Source of the DNA: Antedon mediterranea | Taxonomy: Eukaryota > Animalia > Echinodermata | Direction: 5' to 3' | DNA length: 64,000 nucleotides | Assembly (NCBI RefSeq): GCF_964355755.1 | Contig: NC_092673.1 | Span: 35,585,648-35,649,647, forward strand | Shown here: in pieces, positions 1-13,500 of the stretch | How the letters are laid out: the number at the start of each line of letters is the position of its first letter | Position numbering within the stretch: the first letter of the stretch is position 1 | Position numbers and translations under genes: made by a program | The notes under the pieces: generated by a model | Told to the model about the DNA's origin: nothing | What the model saw: the letters and a program-made list of their open reading frames with translations, nothing else | Database searches by the model: none

Positions 1-1404
1 TCTGTCAATTTTTTGTCTTATAGTATATAGTACAAACAGTATAATCTGTATATATATTATATACAGTGTAGAATAGGTGAAATTACGGGACCCGCCATTT
101 ATTTCAATTTTTAACATGGAGACGGTATCAAAATGAAACACTAAGGTTGCAATTTTGGAAGGAAATTATCTCGGCAACAACATATTAATGTGTAGAAGAA
201 ATTTAAATACGTAAAATATTGGTGCACGCTCTTTTAAATGTAATGAATTATGACGCAAAAGATGAAAATACGACTTTTCTTACTTAACTGGACATATGAT
301 GACGTCACAACATCCGAATGGCAAAATTTTTACATGATTTTGTATCTACAATCCAATAGCTTCCAGAAAACGTTTTAATCGTGATTATCACATTTTATTC
401 TTACGAGCTATAACAGATTAAAATTTTCTGTAAAGATGAAATTAATGCCACATGTAATTTAAATTTTTAGGCATGATGACATCATAATAATTAAAATATT
501 TTTAACTCATGCGAAAGATAGTTGATTGACCTAGACAATATCAAAATCGGGGTGAAAATGGAAAATGGATAAGTGGAGATGCGCTCTATTAAATGTGATG
601 AGCTATGACGAAAGATACAAAAATCCTCAATTTTATATTCGCGTGGCCATACGATGACGTTAAAATGTCCGGTTAGCCATATTAATACATGATCCGATAT
701 CTACAACTCATCAACTTCCGGAATATGTCATTCACAAAAAGTTGACCGTGTAGTTTAGAAATTACGACTGTTTAAAAAAAGGCATAATTTTGACAAATTT
801 TTGTACTTTTTCATAAAAAACGTGTACAAATTGTCCAATTCGACGTGCTCGTATGACGTAACTTTAAGTCGAAAGTGTTTAAAAGTTGGTAAAATTACTA
901 TAAAAGGCTGGAAAAACATAAATCACTCGAAAAAAATATGTTTTTAATGCTACGTGCGCAACGCACACGTAAAAATGTGCGTACGCGTGGGAATTTTTTA
1001 CATGCTTAAAATGACATGAAACGCGTAGAAAGTTGATTAGAAATTAATTTTGCGCATTTTGAAATTTTAAATGCGCGTGCACGCGTAACTTTTTGTAAAA
1101 CATGCCATTTTTAGTGCACTAACAGTTTGCCCTTCATATGACTTAAATTTTCATAAAGGGTAAACAAAAAATTACTCTTGGTTTTTAAGCTATGATCAAT
1201 CATTAAAAATCATAAAATCGCGCGCAAGTCACGTTGCGCAACTCTGACGTCATTCAAAATAGGAGATGCACAACTTCACGTAAATGCCCACATGTTGTCA
1301 AAGTTATAAAATGTTATGTTTACACATTTTAGAGAAACGTGACTCACAAAAAAATGGGAAAGAAATAAGAAGAATACAGAAAAAAAAAAAAAAAATATTG
1401 ATCC

Positions 1405-1646
1405 ACTACAATCACAAGGAGTTATCCGCTACTAAGCGGATAACTAAAAAAAAAAAAAAGATGATGAAACAGGACAGTTACAAGGAGTTATCCGCTGAAT
1501 GCGGATAACTAAAAAAAGATGATGATTTCGTACAATCACAAGAGGTTATCCTGCAACTTCGTTGCGGATAACCAATGATGATGATGATGATGATGATTTC
1601 GTACAATCACAAGAGGTTATCCTGCAACTTCGTTGCGGATAACCAA
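1405..1646. repeat. Four stacked terminal fragments ending in GTTATCC...GCGGATAAC hairpins, probably ends of Helentron-like non-autonomous elements; the first caps a ~1.3-kb repeat-like stretch upstream
   Basis: TACAA(TCACAA)G..GTTATCC(T)GC-n-GCGGATAAC recurs at ~1407, 1480, 1531 and 1602, separated by A-runs and (GAT)n. Confidence 0.5.
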
Positions 1647-2828
1647 TAAAAGCTAAACTATAAAATATGAGCCAATATGATCATCATATTATATTTATAA
1701 CATTTATTATATGGTCAAACATGTATAAATGTATACATATCTACATTTCAATAGAAATATGTAACTAATAAATACATAATGGAATTTTGTACTGGAAATA
1801 AAACATTAATTATTTATCAACCTAAACACTGACTTGCTTCTATTCCCAAAATAATTAAGTACAACTACAGCAAACATTTATTTAATATGGTTAAAATACA
1901 CTTTACAACTTACCCTGTTTTTGTATTGGTTGACACTGAAGTTCTGAAAATAAAAAGATGGAATTCATATTATACAGAAGTTCTTTCTATTATAGCCCTT
2001 AATTAAATAAGACAAAATAATTGTTTGGCATTTTGGCATTTCTAAGTGTTAAATTAAAATATCAATACGGGCACTTTCAGAATCATGCTTATAGAAAGAA
2101 AAACTTCTTGGACACCAATATTATCATTATACTGTGGTAGGTTGGAATGTTGAAAAGTGATGGGTTGGTGTGCTTACATAAAATGGCAGAAACTAATATT
2201 ATATATGACTTTAAGCTATTATGCTATTTGCCATTTAATTTAAATTGTTATACAATATTTTTCAAAGTTGAATTTGTTGCTATACTCGATTGATTGGGAA
2301 CTTCTAACAAAACTATCATTCCATCCCAAATCAATTTTGTCTTCCTGCCTCATTTGAGAGAGACAGAGATATATCTTTGATATATTTGATAGATATATCT
2401 TTCTAAAACAAATTAATGCTTAACCAGCTTATAAATGATTATGACAAAATTAATATCAATTACTTACATCCTGATATGAAATCTACAGTATATATCAAAG
2501 ATTTCCTGAGGGAGTATTATGGAATACCTCATACAGTAGGTTTTCCTAAAAGGTATTAGTCTAAAGCCACCTTGTTTTTGTACCTAGCAATCTTGGTTTT
2601 CAACCTGGCCTAGCCTACTGTACATCAATAGACTTGCATTGCCTATAAATGTTTATTGTTATGCAAAGTGCCAACTCCCTAGTTACTGCGTTCTGTGAGA
2701 TAGTGAGTTAGAAAATCAGTCTTGCATGCCATTGCTATGCTATAAAATCGAAAATTTAACTCTGTGTTTGAACTCTTCATTTATCAATTACGCATTTATC
2801 ACCAGCCTAGGGTCTCACGAAACTTCAA

Positions 2829-3377
2829 AGCATCTAGCTTGAATATGAAACCAAATAACAAGCTAAAACTTATTGTGGTATTCAGTACTTAGTTACACAG
2901 CATCTAGCTTGAATATGAAACCAAATATAAGCTAAAACCTATAGTTGTATTCAGTACTTAGTTACACAGCATCTAGCTTGAATATGAAACCAAATATAAG
3001 CTAAAACCTATAGTTGTATTCAGTACTTAGTTACACAGCATCTAGCTTGAATATGAAACCAAATAATAAGCTAAAACCTATTGTGGTATGCAGTACTTAG
3101 TTACACAGCATCTAGCTTGAATATGAAACCAAATAACAAGCTAAAACCTATTGTGGTATGCAGTAATTACTGTAGTTACACAGCATCTAGCTTGAATATG
3201 AAACCAAATAATAAGCTAAAACCTATTGTGGTATCCAGTACTTATACAGCATCTAGCTTGAATATGAAACCAAATAATAAGCTAAAACATATTGTGGTAT
3301 TCAGTACTTAGTTACACAGCATCTAGCTTGAATATGAAACCAAATAATAAGGTAAAACCTATTGTTGTATTCAGTAC
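2829..3377. repeat. Minisatellite, ~69-70 bp unit x ~8
   Basis: AGCATCTAGCTTGAATATGAAACCAAAT recurs every ~69-70 bp with no unique spacers. Confidence 0.95.
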
Positions 3378-3488
3378 AAAACATATTTAGACTCAGACTC
3401 TGTTTACAACAGCGTAACCCTGGAAACCTTAACTGTAGGTGATATTGATAAAATTCGCTGCAAAAATAAAAATTTTCTAGCAGAAAAC

Positions 3489-3689
3489 CTAGAACAATAT
3501 AGTCAACGGAACTGCCTACTTTTGCATGGTATGCCTGAATCACCTAGAGAAGATACTGATTTAATTGCCTCTAAAATAACAGACAGTATTGAACTAAGCA
3601 ATCTTGATCGAACCCATCGCCTATGTAAAAGGAAATTAGACGCAACAAAATCAAACCCACGGCCGATTATCATCAAATTCACATCGTAA
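3489..3689 (+). pseudogene. Decayed LINE ORF1 fragment (L1TD1/Transposase_22-like RRM region)
   Basis: Manual translation LEQYSQRNCLLLHGMPE...LDRTHRL...PRPIIIKFTS* matches the EQYSRRxxL..G.PE / DRxHR / RPIIxKF pattern of CR1/L2-group ORF1. Confidence 0.75.
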
Positions 3690-3916
3690 CACTCCCGCTC
3701 TTTAAAAACAAAAAAATGCTTAAATAAATGTTTTTTTAATTGAATCCAACTAAAATATTAACCTATTGGAAACATATCTGTTGCACAATTAAATCTATTA
3801 TCTAAAGTGAAAGTACATTTATAATTAATGCTACATGGTAATATTGTCTATTGAAAAAAACTAAGCCATGAAATACACTATTTCTAGCCAAAAATAACCA
3901 AAACAGCAAAAAAACC

Positions 3917-4593
3917 AACATACTACAATACTTGCTGCGAGTACATAGTTACCAACCTGGAAGATCTGAACTGCATGATAGACTCCTCCACTTGCCATAG
4001 GGGCACCTAGAGCCCTGTCCCTGGTTCAACAACTTGCTGTGAGTACATAGTTACCAACCTGGAAGATCTGAACTGCATGATAGACTCCTCCACTTGGCAT
4101 AGGGGCACCTAGAGCCCCGTCATGACCCAGGGGCAAACTCCCGGTGCCTGGGGCTCATCAGACGAATCTGGTACGTTTAGGCGGTTTTTTAATGTTTACT
4201 TATGGAATGTTATCAGATTAAAAATATATTGTATTTTTAGAATATTTTTGTTGAGTATGTCACATATAGTGCAATAACAAATTATTGGATGAAAGTAAAT
4301 GGGTTTTTGGTTAAATTTAACTGTTTTGTCTTTTTATAAGTGAAAACAGTTTGTTTTTTTACGGAAGTGATTGGCCTATTCAAAGTCGGTCATTACTAAT
4401 TTCATTTTTCATTAGTGTTTTTGGAGGACAATACATATTTAATAGTTGAAAATATATAAATAGATTTTATCAAGGCTATATTTAGTTGGCATTAGTAACA
4501 TAAAGTTTAAACTATTATTGCCTAGGCCTACTGCGATATCATAAGTTGATATTAATTTAAGCTGATATTTTTGTAATTTAAATACATAGTATA
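3917..4593 (+). repeat. Segment duplicated at 35968-36382 plus 40469-40590; contains an internal ~100-bp tandem duplication
   Basis: CATACTACAATACTTGCTG...GACGAATCTGGTACGTTTAGGCGG and ...TATATTTAGTTGG...AATACATAGTATAA occur at both loci. Confidence 0.85.
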
Positions 4594-4932
4594 ACAAGCA
4601 CGAATGTGCAATACTCGGGGTACAGCGAAAGAAGCTGTAATGACGTCATAAGACAGGATGTAACGTCACATACACATCAATAACCGCGCTACCAAATACG
4701 GCTATACGGTACCATCTTCGAGACGTGATATGGCTGCATCCGGTTTGAAATTAAAAAATCCGGCTCTATAGCTTTGAGGACATGTCCCTGTAGTATATTC
4801 ATGCTAACTCCGAGCTCAATACTACAACGAATAAGGGAGGAGTAGTACTTTATAAATTGCACTTTTTGCTCAATAGTGTCCGGATGGAAGGAGAAGAGGA
4901 AAAGATGAGTCCTAGACTCAGGTACCCCGAGT
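4594..4932. mobile_element. ~340-bp Helentron-like non-autonomous element (HINE-like), copy 1
   Basis: Subterminal IR ACTCGGGGTAC / GTACCCCGAGT, terminal palindrome, A-run flanks, no TSD; six copies in the window. Confidence 0.65.
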
Positions 4933-5004
4933 AATAAAACGAGATATACTCTATATCATATTACGTATACAGTATATATTTCACCATAAAGTTAAAGAAA
5001 AATA

Positions 5005-5076
5005 GGTTTCGCCAGGGCTTGAACCGGGGACCTTCTGCGTGTTATGCAGACTTGATATCCACTACACTACGAAACC
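5005..5076 (-). pseudogene. tRNA-Val(AAC)-like sequence with mismatches (pseudogene or repeat-borne copy)
   Basis: Revcomp GGTTTCGTAGTGTAGTGG...TCTGC-ATAACAC-GCAGA-AGGTCCCCGGTTCAAGCCCTGGCGAAACC; anticodon AAC; followed by TTTTT. Confidence 0.75.
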
Positions 5077-5290
5077 TCTTACACTAAAAATGTGGGTTAC
5101 AGAAAGTTTTTTAATCCATTTAAATTACAAATAAATATGGTAATAAGCACAAAGCAAAATAAACATGTGTAAAAGTGATAATTACCGATTACACAAAATA
5201 AGTATTTAAAAAAATAATAAAAATAAGATATACTGTGTATAATTATCATATTGCGTATACAGTACTTTTCACCATAAAGTTTAAAAAAAA

Positions 5291-5362
5291 GGTTTCGCCC
5301 GGGCTCGAACCAGGTACCTTCTGCGTGTTAAGCAAATGTGATAACCACTACGCCAAGAGGCC
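5291..5362 (-). pseudogene. Degenerate tRNA-Val(AAC)-like copy, second of a tandem pair ~286 bp apart
   Basis: TAGTGGTTATCAC..TTAACAC..GGTTCGAGCCCGGGCGAAACC; acceptor stem 5' side is broken. Confidence 0.7.
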
Positions 5363-5436
5363 GCATATAACTACATAACGCTGTGGTGTGTGTCACACAT
5401 TGTGGCTTCTTAATTAAATAAATTAATTAACAAAAA

Positions 5437-5758
5437 AAGCACGAATGTGCGATACTCGGGGTACAGCAAATGAAGCTGTAATGACGTCATAAGACGGGAT
5501 GTGACGTCACATACACATCAATAACCTACTAACCTACCATCTTCGAGACGTCATATGCCTGCATCCGGTTTGAAATTTTAAAATCCGGCTCTATAGATTT
5601 GAGGACATGTCCCTGTAGTATATTCATGCCAAATCCCAGCTCAATACTACAACTAATAAGGGAGGAGTAGTACTTTCAAAATCGCACTTTTTACTCAATA
5701 GTGTCCAGATGGAGGAAGAGGAGAAAATGAGTAAGTCCTAGACTCGGGTACCCCGAGT
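5437..5758. mobile_element. HINE-like element, copy 2
   Basis: Same family as 4594-4932; ends GACTCGGGTACCCCGAGT followed by an A-run. Confidence 0.65.
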
Positions 5759-8589
5759 AAAAAATGTGTTTGAAATGAACCTTAGAATGGGGTTTTTTTG
5801 CAAAATTGATTTTATATAGAGATGAGTGCAAGAGTTATCAAATTGAACCAGAATATGGACGAAATATCAATACACAGTACAAACACATTTGGCATATATC
5901 ACTAAGAATTGTCCGAGAATAATAGACACTAATTGCCCCAATGAATGTAAGCAACACGCAAATGGAATTCTAGTCACCAGCCCGATGTCTTCTTTCCGAT
6001 CTCTGACTTCTTAAAATAGGCTAATGATTCAAAAGTGAGGTATGCCATGTGATGTGCTTTCATTTGTTCCAATTGCAGAGCTAACTGGAGTCAAATGGTG
6101 AATGTATAGATTAAAGGATATGATCAAATGATAATATACAGAGGCAAACGAATGTGTTTGAGCTTTTATTACTCTTTCTTTTGAACTGGATTGCATTTTC
6201 AGTAACGTAGTTTTATTGCTTTTCAAAATGGTCGAGTTAGGTTTAAAAGTAAAGAAAAGTTATAACGAAATAAAAACATACATATAATTTGAAAGATATA
6301 TACGAACAGTTGCTCTGTCTTTAAAGGTTCTTACAGTACCTTGAGCATTTTTCCAATTTGGTGTTTATTAATGTTTTATAACTTTGGCTATGGGTGCATT
6401 TGAGGTGAAGATGTGTTTACTTTTATTTTTATCGCTTTGTATATCCAAATCAATTGTCTTAAAGACATTAAAAATGAAATCAGCCTGGTTTATTGAGAAC
6501 TGTTTATTTAAAAGACTTCCATACACATTCTCTGAACCCAATTAAACTGAAAGAAAATATTTCCTTCCAAGTAATGGATTATTAAAAAAACAATCGTATT
6601 CAAGAGAGTGAAGAGGAACTCAAAACCAGCAAGATTCAACATTTTGAAAGCTTTGGAATCTAAAGGGGAATATCTCTGAATTCATTGATTGTCATTGGCT
6701 GTTTTGCTAAACAAAATTCTTGCAGAGCACTGAATTCAATTGCATAAGAATGACCCCTACTTATAACATAATCCCTTGATATAAACCCCTGCAGGGCCTA
6801 GCATTGATTGCATAAGAATGGCCCCCCCTGTTTTTAACAAAATCCCTCGCTATTAACCTCCGCAGGGCCTGGTATTCGATAGCGTCAAAATAACACAAAC
6901 AAATTCACTTATTCTTCACGCTTGAATCTCTAAATCAGGAATTTTTCATGAAAACAAAAATGTATACTATTGAGTATAAACAGATAAAGGATATAATACG
7001 GTCATTGTTTGCGTTACGCAGGAACGCATGAATGGGACCAACAAATCCTTTCAAACCGTTCTAATACTGGTATGTCTGTTAATTCACACAGCTCCAATAA
7101 CTACAATATCCAGGTGCCTAAAATGCTTAAAATAGTGCTTTTCAATAATAGTATATACACTGTAGTATTTACAGTACTCAAAAAGTATGTTAAAGTAATA
7201 TGGATTTACTTGTTAAATCTTACATATATATAGTACAACAACTGTAGAACTGCTATAAAGAGGGGCCCCAACAAAATTTCTTCTGAATAAGAGTTTGTCA
7301 TGTAGTGTTACTTAAACATTATTACCATAAAACACCAACATTTATTTCATAGGAAAGTATCCCCTTAATAGGGGTATATTGACCCCCCATTCAGTAAAGG
7401 AAATTATCCTGTTAATAGAGGTGTATTTCTCTTTCTTGATTTCACAGGAAAGTGTTCCCTTATTAGGGGTTTAACCGGAATAGAGATGTCCTTAATATTT
7501 AATATCAAGGGCCTTTGATAAGCACAGTATCTGAAACATTTGAATGAGCATAAAAACTAAAAATATTTTGTCTCTAAAATAAAATATTGGCATGGACAGG
7601 ATTATATTTTACTATAAATATCCTTTTTAATAATTAATTAAAATCAGAAATGTTAAAGTCATTAATGTGTACAGTACTAGGAAAAGAAACACATTTTAAA
7701 TGATTCAAGTTAAATGACATTCCAATCATCTGACAAAAGTAATTACTGATGTGACACATGTAATAAATATTTATACAGTATTACTTAATAACCTTTGGAA
7801 ATAAACTATCATACAATTCTGAATTCTTGAAATAATATAAATTTCTCATTTATTTGTAAAAACTCTAAATAAAAAAAATAAAATATGAAAAGAAAAAAAC
7901 ATTCCAGGAGATAAAAAAAATTGGGACAAGACGGTTGAGAGTTAAAAACCTGTTTGGCAAAAAAACATAAATCCCCTAGACTCAGCAATAGAACCGTTCT
8001 GTGTCCATGCCTATAGAAATCAAACCAAACCGATTATTGGCAGTTGTTTGGAGGTCAAACATTTGCTTTTTTTTTTGTCTTGTGTGGGTTCGTCCCACTT
8101 TTATTATAGTTCTATAGATATAAATAATATATGTATATATGGTCAAATATTTGCTAATTTATTCGCTTCCCATATAAGGGCATCAGACTGCATATATAGG
8201 ATATTATGAACGAGCTAAGTTCTGGCAACCAGCCAAGTTTGATTCATAGCGAATAATTGGAGCTGAAATAGACCGGATTGGCAGCCATAATGATATCAGG
8301 TATACTGTACTGGTGTAAAATCAAAAATGATTTATGAATAAATTAAAAATATTAATTTACTATAATATTTTATATTAATTTAAAGTAATGTAATTATGAA
8401 AATTTTTCAATAAAATCCGTAAATATTTTTTTTTTTGCATACTACTAGGCTTCATTTTTTTAGATAATTATAATTAATTCAACATTAAATATTATTCATG
8501 TAGTCATTAATGTTAATGTATGCATATAACTACGTACTATTAGTATTACAGCATAAAGACATAAAGGTTAAGACAGTGGAACCGTAATT

Positions 8590-8858
8590 ACGTAGCCATA
8601 ACATCGGCAAGGGTTCGAGGCTCACTCACTCCATGGTTCTGGTGGTAGAACGAGTCTTCTCGGATAAGGACTATAAACCGTAGGTCCAGTGTACACATCT
8701 AGCTCATGTGCACTTTAAAGAACCTAGTACATCTTTCGAGACGAGTAGGGGGTTACCCCGGTGTATTAGTACATCACAGCCACTGATCACCAACTGGGCC
8801 CTCTGGGAGACCAGTCTTTGACTGAAGAGGTTACCCAGTATAAATATAAATATAAAAA
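8590..8858 (+). mobile_element. tRNA-derived SINE with Deu/Nin-like central domain, 5'-truncated
   Basis: B-box GGTTCGAGGC at ~8612; GGATAAGGACTATAAACCGTAGGTCC...TAAAGAACC...TTTCGAGACGAGTAGGGG..CCCCGGTGT resembles the Deu core as I recall it; (TATAAA)n/A tail. Confidence 0.65.
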
Positions 8859-10539
8859 AAAGCATGTATTCATGACATTGGCAAAGATGCATAGACATTC
8901 GGAAGGGAAAGTTTCCAGGGTTTTAAAATTACTGAAGCGTAATAAAGTTGGTATCATGCTGTTACAAGACCAAGGGTTGGTGTCACTGCAGTACCAATCA
9001 CATTTATTATGTTATAAATATATACTGTATATACAAAATACAGATGTTTTCTCATAGGGAACTAAAATAGTTATTATAAGCTTTGACAAGTAGATTTATA
9101 CAATAGGTCAAAATTATTGTTACTTCCTAGTTTGGTGTTCAAAGTCAAACACTTCCTACTGTAGGCCTAAAATAGTAATACTAAAAAATGCAATAAAATT
9201 ACGTATAATATCAGTAAATTCATTTGTATTTACTATTAATACCAATGAACCCGGCATAGTTTCAACACGACAGCTTGAGCCAAGATTTTTTTTCTTCGTA
9301 CTGTACCATTTCTTGTTTATTACAGATTAAGCATAGGCCTATATTTTTTTTTTTATAGATCAACATGATTTTTTAATCCAGGTTTGAAATAGAATACAGT
9401 ACATACACATACAGTAGGCCTATGTATTCTAATAATTTGGTGTCAGTTTGTACTAATAACACTACTATGAAAAAGTACCTGGTACGGTAGGCACTTAAAT
9501 CATGGAGGTATAAAATACCTCCATGCTTAAATATTGCATTGATTTTGCCTCATTTGCATTCCTAAATGTATGACCGACTATTTTGAGACTGAGTGGCATA
9601 AACATAAGTTTTATAACCCAAAAATGGTAAACATTAAAACCATCTATGATTTTGCATTGAACCGGTCAAGTCTAGTCACTTAACTCATTTTTATGATGGT
9701 GGTGGTGATGACGTTCTATGATGTACCGGTTTTATTCCACGTACTGCAAATTTTTAATTTACAAAGTCTGTATTATACTCTGTATTATTTGTTTATTTTT
9801 AATGATCATATTAGTTGCCAAGTGGCAAAAAAAAAGTAGCTTACGATATGCCAGTCCTCTTCCAGTGGGCTTGAAGCCGAAAAGTAACCAGTATCGTGGA
9901 CTAACTGCACCTCTTTGAATATCCCATCACTCGGCAAAGCATCCATCTTTGCAGGCAAACTTAGGTGCAAAGCACACTAAAGTCAATAAGCCAACAAACA
10001 AGGCGAAAATAGTAAGAGCTATAAAGGCTATAAACCGTCCAAGGGTTGCGAAAATCCTAGAATGCCTACAAAACTACTAACGCTGTCCTAGCTAGCCTGG
10101 CTTCGATGACAAACATAGAAATGCATAGTGAATCGAAAGAATCCATAATCAACCGGCTACTTAGCATGACAACCAATCAAAATGCGTTTTGCCATCTAAG
10201 TAACTCAGGTCACAATTGACCAATCAGCGCACTGGTAGTGTAATCTACAGCGGCGGTGACGTGCGGAGTTGAATCAACTTTTTTTTTACAACGATATTAA
10301 AATATAAATTTATTATTTTCGATATCTAAGTCAAATGATAACCTATTAATAATTTCTCGATTTTAATTTCTGAAAATCATCATTATTAGTAATACAGATA
10401 TGACATATTCAATCGTAAAGTAATTGAAACAAGTGAATGTATCTATATGACTCAATCTAGCTTCTAACGATTCAAGCAATCTTTCATATTCCCTGTACTT
10501 TATATATTAATTATTTGGGCCAAGTAATTTAACTATTTA

Positions 10540-13500
10540 ACTGGCGAACTTCAACTGGCATTCCGGTAAACTTTTCGAAATTCCATTGAAATAGTTCCGG
10601 TAAACTTTTCGAAATTCCATTGCCATACTGGTGATCGGAATGTTGTTGTAAACACTTGGACTGTCTAAGAAACATTTCTTCTTTACAAATTCAATCCATT
10701 ATTAAATTTTACAACAGACTAAGAATCTTTTATCCATTATTTTCCTTACATCTGCATACTTTGCTTAATTTGTATAAGCCTCTTGATTGATTTTACATAA
10801 TAATTTTACAATAGCGTTTTCAGGAGTCTGTTCTCACATAATTGCATTGTCATAAGATGTTTAAACCACTTAAAACCATTTATTCACCTTTGTTTTATTG
10901 TTACCCCCCAATTCTTAACTTGTTTCTTTATATTTACGTTCTTGTACTTTTCTGTTTTTACGTAACATTACCAGGCATCTTTTATTACATACTATTGAAT
11001 AAACTGATCACATTATGTATCGTTAGATATTCTCATGGACCCTTTTGACAATATAGATGCATTCCCATTTAATCACATTATTGATAATGAGGAATTCTTG
11101 CATGTCATTCACTATTACTTTTGTGACGATAGAATTGACTTTGATAGATTTAATTCTTTAATTTTTAACCCTTTTGATATTAATTTTAAAGATGTTATTA
11201 ATGACAACGATGCCCAATTATTTTCCGAAAATATTGAATCTTGTGCCTATGAATATATCGATAGTCTTAACAACAAATATTCAACACAAGATTATTCATT
11301 TAGTATCTTTCACTTAAACGCACGCAGTCTTGTTAAACATTTTAACGATATCAATGTATGCGTAGGTGCTATTAACCATGAATTCTCAGCACTATGCTTC
11401 ACCGAAACTTTTTTTAATCATAATACGCCTTTTTCCTTTTATAATATTCCCAATTATAACCTCTTGCATGTTTCATGAGCTGATAGACCAGGAGGAGGCG
11501 TTGCCATTTACCTACACCAGAGATTTAAATATATTCTTCGCCCTGATTTATCATTTATCATTACTAATGGTTCGGAATCTCTTTTCATTGAAATCGATGC
11601 ATAACCCAAAAACATAATCCTTGGAGTAGTATATCGTTTGCCTGAATTATCCATTAACACATTTAATAAAGATATCTCTAATTTAATTGACACCATTAAT
11701 AATGAGAAAAAAACAGCATATATTTCAGGAGACTTTAATATTAACTTGTTAAATTCCAAAACACATAAAGGTACTTCTGATTTTGTTAATACTTTATTTC
11801 AATCAAATTATTATCCTCTTATTTCTAGGCCAACTAGAATTACGCGTAATTCTGCAACTTTAATCGACAATATTTTTTTGTAATAATCTATACGATAACA
11901 TTTCTTCCGGAATTCTATATTCGGACATCTCGGATCACTTTCCTGTTTTCTTGTTAGTACATAAATCAGAACCTCTCCAACACCTGAAACCTAAATCAAA
12001 AATATATATACATAAAAAAAGTCAATGATATTTCAATTTCTGCCTTAAGTAATGATTTGTCAAATGTTGACTGGACTAGTATTTATAACTCCAATAAACC
12101 CAATGAGGCATACGCTTTATTCAACGACATATTTAGTACATTATATAATAACAACATTAAAACCACTCGTTCCAGACGCAATATTCGGAAGGAAAAAAAA
12201 CCTTGGATAACTAAATGCTTAATTAAATCTATCGACAAAAAACACAAATTATATAAAACATTTCTTATATCTAAAAAGCAAAAGGACAAAGATAAATATG
12301 TTAAATATCGAAATGTACTTACCAAAATCCTTCGTACTGCCCAAAAGAATTACTTCAGTGACAAATTTGAATTCCATAAAAATAACATCCAAAAAACCTG
12401 GCAAACAATAAATGGAGTCCTTGGCAAGAAATCTCGTAAACCGTTTCCTTCTCACTTTATTAACAATGACATTGAATTAAATAATCCTCAACAAATTGCA
12501 ACTGAATTCAATAATTATTTTACTAGTATAGGGCCAAATTTAGTTAACAAAATACATGTGTCGGATAATGATACTTCTACCCTACTTCGTCCATGTGTGC
12601 ACTCTCTCTTTCTTAGTCCTGTAACCGAACATGAAGTTGTCAGTATAATACTTTCCCTCAAAGATAATAAATCTCCTGAGTTTGATGGGTTTTCCAATAA
12701 AATTATTAAACGTGTTTCTAATTTTATATGCAAACCCTTAACTCACATTTTTAATACTTCTTTTCAAACCGGTATTTTTCCTGATTCTTTTAAAATAGCT
12801 AAAGTCATCCCTATCTACAAGAAAGAAGATCCTCATCATTTCAATAACTACAGACCAATCTCCCTACTTCCTTGTTTCTCAAAATTAATTGAAAAAATAA
12901 TGCATAATCGAATTTCTTCCTTTTTAACTAAACATAACATTTTATTTAAAGGCCAATATGGTTTCAGGAAAAAGTATTCAACAGATCTTGCTTTATTAGA
13001 TATTTTTGACAAAATTACAATTGCCCTGAGTAAAAATGAGTTTTCTGTTGGCATTTTCCTTGATTTATCTAAGGCCTTCGATACTATTAACCACGATATT
13101 TTAATTCATAAACTTTCAAATTACGGTATCAGAGGCCTTCCTTTAAAACTAATTAAAAGCTACCTTTTCAATCGTGTTCAGTTTACTTCCTTAAATAATT
13201 TTAACTGTTCCTATTCCCGTTTAACCTGTGGTGTTCCCCAAGGATCGATTCTTGGACCACTCTTATTCCTGATTTTTGTTAACGATATACCAAACAGCTC
13301 TAAATTACTAAATTTTATCTTATTTGCTGACGACACAAATACTTTTTTCTCTCATCCTAAATTAAATACCTTGTTTAAAATTGTCAATGATGAGTTACTT
13401 AAAGTTTCAAATTGGCTCAAACACAATAAATTAACTCTTAATACATTCAAAACGAACTATATAATATTTTCTAAACGTAAAATTTCAAATTCTTTAAATG

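Noticed and set aside
1914-1943. PTP KNRY motif (NQYKNR in one frame)
   Set aside because: All three frames are open and no other PTP motif is seen; insufficient evidence.
2829-3377. CRISPR-like array (also 51399-51895 and 54078-54377)
   Set aside because: Head-to-tail units without unique spacers, no cas genes, eukaryotic context. Their ORFs are repeat artefacts.
5005-5362. Functional tRNA-Val genes
   Set aside because: All six copies have stem mismatches or indels, and none shows the A discriminator expected for Val. Treated as pseudogenes pending tRNAscan-SE.
9501-9525. Hairpin CATGGAGGTA-TAAAA-TACCTCCATG
   Set aside because: Single 10-bp stem with no supporting context.
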